The position numbers and the translations under genes are program-made. Source: Candidatus Vampirococcus lugosii (GTDB taxonomy: Bacteria > Patescibacteriota > Gracilibacteria > Absconditabacterales > Absconditicoccaceae). From it: a stretch of 15,948 nt of DNA. The DNA lies in NCBI RefSeq assembly GCF_018420025.1, contig NZ_JAEDAM010000027.1, positions 1 through 15,948 of the forward strand, written 5' to 3'. This document shows, piece after piece, positions 10,628 to 15,948 of the stretch. The notes under the pieces were generated by a model, which was not told the DNA's origin, searched no databases, and worked only from the letters and a program-made list of their open reading frames with translations. The stretch's first letter is position 1. Each line of letters starts with the position of its first letter.

Positions 10628-10653
10628 TATTTATTAATGTGACTAATATTATT

Positions 10654-11949
10654 ATGTCTAATATCAAATATTTGATAATACCTTTATTTTTTTTGATACC
10701 TATTGTTACATATTGAACACAAGATATGAGAGAAGAGTGCTATAATGATCTTACTAATTATATGTCAAAAGTAGAGCAATTTAAACCTGCATATGAAATG
10801 ATTCAAGATTTATGATATGATAAATTATCAGAGTCTTTTTCAAAAAAGTATGAAAATATGTCGTCTTTTGGTGTAGATTTGAATAAACCTATTTTATCTA
10901 TGAGATTACATTCTTTTGGTGAACAAACATCTTATCAGCATCCACCATATTCTCCATTTCCGATTTATGAGTGAACTGAAAAATGGGAAAATCCTGTTAA
11001 AGAGTTTATAATTGCTGAAGAATTTGTTACTAATCCTGAAGATTGACAAGAATATTTTATTGGTTGTTCTTTTATGAATATTCAATCTCCTGATTTAATG
11101 AGTGTTGATGCAGATAATTATTGGTATGATTGAGAAATATTATCTGTATTGGTAGAAGATAAGTCCAAAAATAATAAAGTTTGGCATAATACAAATAGAT
11201 CTTTTAATTATGAAAATGAAATATTAGCAGATTTTGATAGATTGTTTGTTTTTCCAAAATTAACTCAAAATGATTTTTTTAGTAAATATGATATAATTGA
11301 TGCATTCCCTACTAACAAAATAGATTTGAAGAAATATTTGAATGTAATAAATCCATCTGGTGATGAAGAATTACTTTTTACAGTAGTTTATGATCAAAAT
11401 TGAAATGTTATTTGATGAAGTTCTTTAGATGTTTTTAAAGGTATTTTTGATGAATCAAATAATGAAGGTTTTCCGCTTTTTGATATGTATCAAGAAATAG
11501 AAAATTTGTATCCAGAGTTTGCAAAATATTTAGCAATAAATTGATTTGTTAGTTTTGATGTTTTTAAAGAGTTAATGAATTTAAAATGAGATCATAGTTA
11601 TGCAGATTTATGGAGTTTTATATCAAGAAGTAAAGATTTAATAAAATATGCAAATCAAATTCGTAAATGAGAAGAGCCTGACATATCTAATGATACAATA
11701 TTGGTAGAATTTTATGATGAAATGTTGAAAAATATTGACTCTTTTGATAAAGATGCAAGAGAAAGAATATGATTAGAGCCATTAGAAATTAGTAATAGTG
11801 AATTAAATGAGAAAAACATAAAAAACATAAAAAATACAGAAAATGATGATTGAGATTGATTTAATTATTATATTATAATTGCAATCTTAGGATTTGTCTT
11901 TTTTATAATATTTTTGTTTATAATATTGGGTTCCAAAAATAAAAAATAA
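10654..11949 (+). CDS. hypothetical exported protein, 431 aa, with an N-terminal signal sequence and a C-terminal transmembrane anchor (type I topology)
   Basis: ATG 10654 (a GTG at 10639 is a possible alternative); TAA stop at 11947-11949. The frame was verified line by line. N-terminus: MSNIKYLIIPLFFLIPIVTYGTQD. C-terminus: GFNYYIIIAILGFVFFIIFLFIILGSKNKK, a hydrophobic helix followed by a basic stop-transfer tail. There is a small tandem (aaaaacata)x2 at 11812..11835 (KNIKNIKN). Track fragment 11149..11403 is internal. Confidence 0.85.
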
Positions 11950-11974
11950 ATTTATATATTAAAATAATAAAAAA

Positions 11975-13024
11975 ATGAAATTTAATAAAATACTTTTACT
12001 TTTATGTCTTATTTTAGTTGGTGTTTGATTTTCTTATGCAAAAATGCTTGATATAAATCAAGAAGAAGCTGAAAAACATGATTTATATAAAAATAAAAAA
12101 CTTACTGATTATCATATAGATCGGTGTAAATCATGAAATTCAAGTCTTTTAGGTAGTACATCTTGAAGTACATTTGTAACACTTGTATCATGTGTAGCAC
12201 AATGACATATTTCAGGTGCAACATTTAAATGACCTTATGAAATTGATTGAGTAGATCGTTCTGGTGAAAGGCGATGTAATTCTACAGATCCTAATTATAT
12301 TTGAAAGTGTGGGCATTGAGTTTCTCAAAATTTACCAGAAACTTATTCTGCTGAGGTGTTGTATAATATTCCATGAAATAAAATAGCAATTAAATGATTT
12401 AAAAATACTTGATCTCCTAATGTAGGTGGTACTTATAATACTCCGTTTTTGTATCTTGAAAATCAACCTGAGTGAAAAATAGATATTACTATTAACTCAA
12501 AAAGAGATAATTATTCATCACAAAGACCAGATTTTAATATAGAAAATTGATGGTCTGTATTAAATGATAATTGAAATATGTTTGTGGAATTAAAAAAAGT
12601 TGATTATTTATTCTATTTGTTAGATTTTGAAAGAATAGAACTTACTAGAAATGGTAAAAATTTTGATAGTAAAGATGAGTTAACTAATTATTTAATCAAT
12701 TCAGATTTTTTTCAAAAATTATGATTTGATGAAGAACAAAAAGAAAATTCTTTAGATTATATTTTGCCTACAATACAAGATTCTCCAAACTATTATCTTA
12801 CAGTACTGACAAAAGAATCTATACAAAATATTGTAAATTATGAATTTAGTGAAGAACCTGAAAAATTAATAAGAAGATATTTTGCTATATATCCTACATT
12901 AAATCCAGTAAAAACAAGTTGATGATTACAGTTTCCAGAAATTATAGAATATGATAATGAATATATTATCAAGGATTTTGGTGAAATATATCTAAAAAAT
13001 GGTATGTTACCTATTTGGAAATAA
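11975..13024 (+). CDS. hypothetical secreted protein, 349 aa, signal peptide plus 4 mature cysteines
   Basis: ATG 11975 follows the in-frame TAA at 11960; TAA stop at 13022-13024. I hand-counted 17 in-frame TGA, 10 GGN and 2 TGG codons. Signal peptide: MKFNKILLLLCLILVGVGFSYA|KM. Mature Cys occur in DRCKSG, VSCVAQ, RRCNST and GKCGHG. The frame was verified line by line. Confidence 0.85.
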
Positions 13025-13053
13025 AAATTTAATTATATAAATAAAATAAAAAA

Positions 13054-15198
13054 ATGAAATTTAATAAAATACTTATGTGTAATATTGTTTTTGTAACAAG
13101 TTTAGGTATTAGTTTTGCAAGTTGACCTGATGAAGAAATTGAAGAGTCTGTAACATTGCAATGAGTAAAATTTGATGTATTGCATCATAAATATGAAGAA
13201 AGTGAGTTAACTCATCAAATGAAATGTGATGAATATTGAGAAGATTATGATTTTTTGAAGCTTACTGTTAATGGAACTTCAAGTATGATAAGTTGTGATA
13301 TAGATTGATCAAAATTGGTTCCACCAGATTGATTAGATCCAGATCCAGATCCAGATCCAACAGGTCCAGATCCAGAACCAGATCCAACAGGTCCAGATCC
13401 AGATCCAACAGGTCCAATTAGTATAACACAAACTACACAAACAGAATATGATTGTGCTACTTATACTAAATGATATCATGAAAAATGGTGAAATTGTAAA
13501 GTTAAATGAGATTGGACAGAAGATTGAAAAATTAAATGTGTACAAGAATCAGATTATGAATGACTTACAGCACCTTGTGGTCAAATGGAAGTTACAATAA
13601 CTAAATATTTTGATTGAAATTGAGATTTAATTGGTACTGATAGAAATGAAGGGGATTGTACATGATGTCCATGAGATAAGAAAAAACCTAAGTCAAAAGA
13701 AAATGATGTTATAATAAAATTAGTTCATGATAAATTTGAATGTATTTGATCTAGTTTTGCAAATAATTCTGATAAATGTTGATCAAAATTTAAGATTGAT
13801 CTTTCATGATTAAAAGATCCATGACTTGTAGATATAGAATGACTTGCATGAATAGGTATTACTAATATTAAAAATGAAACAAAAGAGCCTGCAGATATTA
13901 AATCTGCATATGATCCAGATGATAATAGTGCACTTAATTTTAGTGATGTTATTGATACTCAAATACGAGGTAGTTCTACCAATTTTGGGTTTAGAATATC
14001 AGATATTAAAGCTATATCACCATTTAAAACAACTAATTGAAAAATATCTTTTGATATTGAGAATGTTGATGTACCTTGAAAAACTAATGTAACATTAGAT
14101 AATATAAATTATTCTTTTAATAAACCATTTACTGGTAGTTTGTCAATAGATCCAAATTGAATTAGAGTTTGACAAGCTCAAGAATTAACTTTACATTATG
14201 CAACATGAACAGATATTTTAGATTTTGGAGATGATGAAGAAATAGAATATTTTGGTAATACATTAAAAGTTAATTGAACTTGATATGCATTAGTTACTAC
14301 TTGATTTGATTCAAGAGATACTGATCTTGAAATGGTTGTTAATTATGACTGATGAAATATAGATTGAGATCCACGATTAACTACAGATCCTTATATATTT
14401 TATACTGTAGATTGAAAAGATGTTAGATATCGTTTATCTGATGGTAATGAACCAAATGATCGTAGAGTTACTTATATACCTACAAATACAAGTTATTTGA
14501 ATATAAAAATTATATGACAATCTCAAACAGTATGAAGACAAGATGTAACTGGTCAAGCACAGAATTTTTCTTCTATGTCTACTTCTAATTTTAGAAATTC
14601 TTTTAGAAGAAAAGTTTTGGAATATACTAGATGATGGGAATATGATGATAATAAAGATTGAGTTTTATATCTTGATTGAGAAGGTGATACAATAGAATAT
14701 TCTAGTATATCTGATACTTTTGAGACACTTATTATTCGTAATTGAAATCTTCTTATAGATGAAGATATTAATCATATGAAATGAATTGTTGTTATTAGAG
14801 ATGATGTGAGAGAAGATACTTTATGAAATATATTTGTTAATCAAGATGTTCAAGAAATTAATGCATATATTTATTGAGATTGATGATTAATTAGTTTTGA
14901 TAAGGATGAAAATGATTCATATAATAATTATTCTGATTCTTTTAAAAGACGTGAGAATTTAGAAAATCAATTAGTTTTGGAATGAAGGTTGTATACTAGG
15001 AATACAGTATGATGAGCAATTTGAGCTTGAAAATATATGTTGCCAGGTGCTAAAGAAACTACAGATTATCATAGAGCTTTGATGTATGATTTAAATCAAT
15101 TTAGATCTTGAAGATGATCTAGTCCAGTAGATTCTAATTATACTGAGGCATTTATTATAAAATATCATACTTGACAATCTCCAAAATTATTTGAATAA
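13054..15198 (+). CDS. hypothetical secreted, adhesin-like protein, 714 aa: signal peptide, DP/TGP-repeat linker, Cys-rich module, then a long beta-rich region
   Basis: ATG 13054 follows the in-frame TAA at 13042; TAA stop at 15196-15198. The frame was verified line by line. Signal peptide: MKFNKILMCNIVFVTSLGISFA|SG. Linker: DPDPDPDPTGPDPEPDPTGPDPDPTGP. Eight Cys lie between nt ~13450 and 13790 (EYDC, GNCK, IKCV, APCG, GDCTGCPG, FECI, DKCG). The remainder is rich in T/S/N/D/G/Y alternation. C-terminal motif: NQLVLEGRLYTRNTVGGAIGAGKYMLPG...YDLNQFR. Confidence 0.88.
13336..13416 (+). repeat. in-frame imperfect tandem repeat encoding a Asp-Pro / Thr-Gly-Pro linker
   Basis: The unit gatccagatccaacaggtcca (DPDPTGP) occurs at 13348..13368 and 13396..13416. 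A 27-nt variant with an extra gaacca lies at 13369..13395, and extra gatcca copies lie at 13336..13347. The antisense translation of this repeat is the WIWIW track ORF 13333..13545. Confidence 0.9.
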
Positions 15199-15257
15199 AT
15201 CGTTTTTTTTAGATTAGAAATAATTAATTATAATTATAATAGAAATTGTCTGTTACT

Positions 15258-15307
15258 AAAATCAAGAAATTTAAGTAATTATATTTTACTTAATTTCTTG
15301 ATTTTTT
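15258..15307 (+). terminator. rho-independent terminator of the cluster
   Basis: ATCAAGAAATTTAAGTAA (15261-15278) pairs with TTACTTAATTTCTTGAT (15286-15302), giving 17 bp with one bulged T and a 7-nt loop TTATATT. A T5 run follows at 15303-15307. It lies 60 nt after the stop at 15198. A-residues at 15258-15260 could make it bidirectional. Confidence 0.6.
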
Positions 15308-15338
15308 CATAAATTTATATTTGTAGAATAAAATTTCT

Positions 15339-15363
15339 AAATCCTTGATTTATACAAGGATTT
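15339..15363. other. second short stem-loop downstream of the terminator
   Basis: AAATCCTTG (15339-15347) and CAAGGATTT (15355-15363) are perfect 9-bp arms with a 7-nt loop. No adjacent T-run is present, so the function is unclear. Confidence 0.3.
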
Positions 15364-15948
15364 GTGAGAGAATAAAAATAGATTTATGTACTACATAATA
15401 TTTTATAATCTTATTTTGAATAATTTATTTTCTATATTTTTTTGATTTTATATATATTATTATCATTAATTTGTTTTATTCAATCAATTTGTTTCAATAA
15501 ATTTTTGATAGTATTTTAAATATTCTATTTATAGATATCAATATAATTTCATTTATATATTTTTTTGTATCTTTATCTATAAAAAATTTAACAAGATAAT
15601 TAGTAAACATAAGTTTTTTAACTATATTTGCGAGTACTTTTTTTTAATAAACATATTATGATTCTTAGCACTTAAAATAATAAAAGATAAAAAATATATT
15701 ATTTCAAGAGAAAATACAATAATAATCGCCACTACAAAATAAAATATTTTTTGTTTACAAAGATGAGATAATAGATAATATTATGTTTTGAAGAGTTAAT
15801 ATTTAGAAGTTTATAAATATTCTAAATTATTAATTAATATTTTATTTGATTTGTCAATATATAAATACATAAAAATATAAATATATGATAACTATACTTA
15901 ATCATAAAAAAACATAAAATCGTTGAATTTTTACTTAAAATAAGTATA

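Noticed and set aside
1137-11403. Treating the + strand track ORFs (1137..1376, 3982..4245, 5627..5863, 11149..11403) as separate small genes.
   Set aside because: Each is an internal, in-frame fragment of a much longer ORF, bounded only by TGA codons. They begin at internal Met or Leu codons without start contexts.
13333-13545. Minus-strand ORF encoding WIWIWTCWIWFWIW...
   Set aside because: It is the antisense reading of the in-frame GATCCA/ACAGGTCCA (DP/TGP) repeat of the 13054..15198 gene, not a gene.
13874-14092. Plus-strand 72-aa track ORF.
   Set aside because: It lies in frame 2, inside and out of frame with the verified frame-1 gene 13054..15198. It is rich in L, I and M and has no independent start context.
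15476-15610. 44-codon minus-strand ORF (MFTNYLVKFFIDKDTKKYINEIILISINRIFKILSKIYGNKLIE) in the tail.
   Set aside because: It is too short and too compositionally typical of AT-rich non-coding DNA to support. It has no distinctive start context.
1-15948. TGA = Trp (table 4, Mollicutes-like) as the explanation for the recoding.
   Set aside because: It would give about 5-10% Trp in the two genes I counted, plus implausible motifs such as WW runs in linkers and T-W-K turns. TGG is still used at a normal, low Trp frequency. This cannot be fully excluded without alignments.
1-15948. Heavily pseudogenised region (TGA as genuine stops), or selenocysteine.
   Set aside because: Decay would scatter TAA and TAG as well, yet none occurs in about 4,700 checked sense codons. 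Tens of TGA codons per gene, with no SECIS-like structures, is incompatible with Sec.
15199-15948. Replication origin or DnaA-box cluster in the AT-rich tail.
   Set aside because: The best matches I saw (for example TTATCTATA) have two or more mismatches to TTATCCACA. Such matches are expected by chance at this composition.
1-15948. Mobile element, prophage, CRISPR array, or tRNA/rRNA genes.
   Set aside because: There are no terminal inverted or direct repeats flanking the block and no integrase- or transposase-like translation. There is no repeat-spacer periodicity and no G+C-rich cloverleaf-capable segment. The only tandem repeats are in-frame coding repeats.

Overview
Very AT-rich window (about 20-25% G+C from hand-sampled lines; C is especially rare on the + strand). 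Its real gene content is invisible to the supplied standard-code ORF track. When TGA is read as a sense codon, the window becomes one partial and seven complete genes, all on the + strand. By my arithmetic they fill about 97% of 735..15198. I walked every line of all seven complete ORFs codon by codon and found no in-frame TAA or TAG. TGA frequency and sequence context fit glycine, not tryptophan. That points to translation table 25, known from Gracilibacteria (BD1-5/GN02) and Absconditabacteria (SR1), or from an element living in such a host. No gene shows a motif I can tie to an enzyme, NTPase, recombinase, transposase, ribosomal or other housekeeping family. I see no tRNA, rRNA, CRISPR array or IS element. 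The cluster splits into two blocks. Block A (735..10507) encodes an acidic coiled-coil protein, a coiled-coil plus beta-hairpin-repeat protein, a 599-aa membrane protein and a 1723-aa polytopic membrane protein. The last two share a paralogous two-helix hairpin module. Block B (10654..15198) sits behind its own promoter-like site and palindromes. It encodes three signal-peptide proteins: one C-terminally anchored, one small and Cys-containing, and one 714-aa adhesin-like protein with a DP-repeat linker. My main hypothesis, which is inference only, is an uncharacterised envelope or cell-surface apparatus of a recoded, probably epibiotic, CPR bacterium. Other points of interest are a 40% G+C, TGA-free, Cys-rich 3' gene segment at 194..442, start sites without a Shine-Dalgarno motif, a duplicated 30-nt leader plus signal-peptide start, and a 750-nt ORF-free AT-rich tail. 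All product calls come from reading the translations by eye. No database search was possible.
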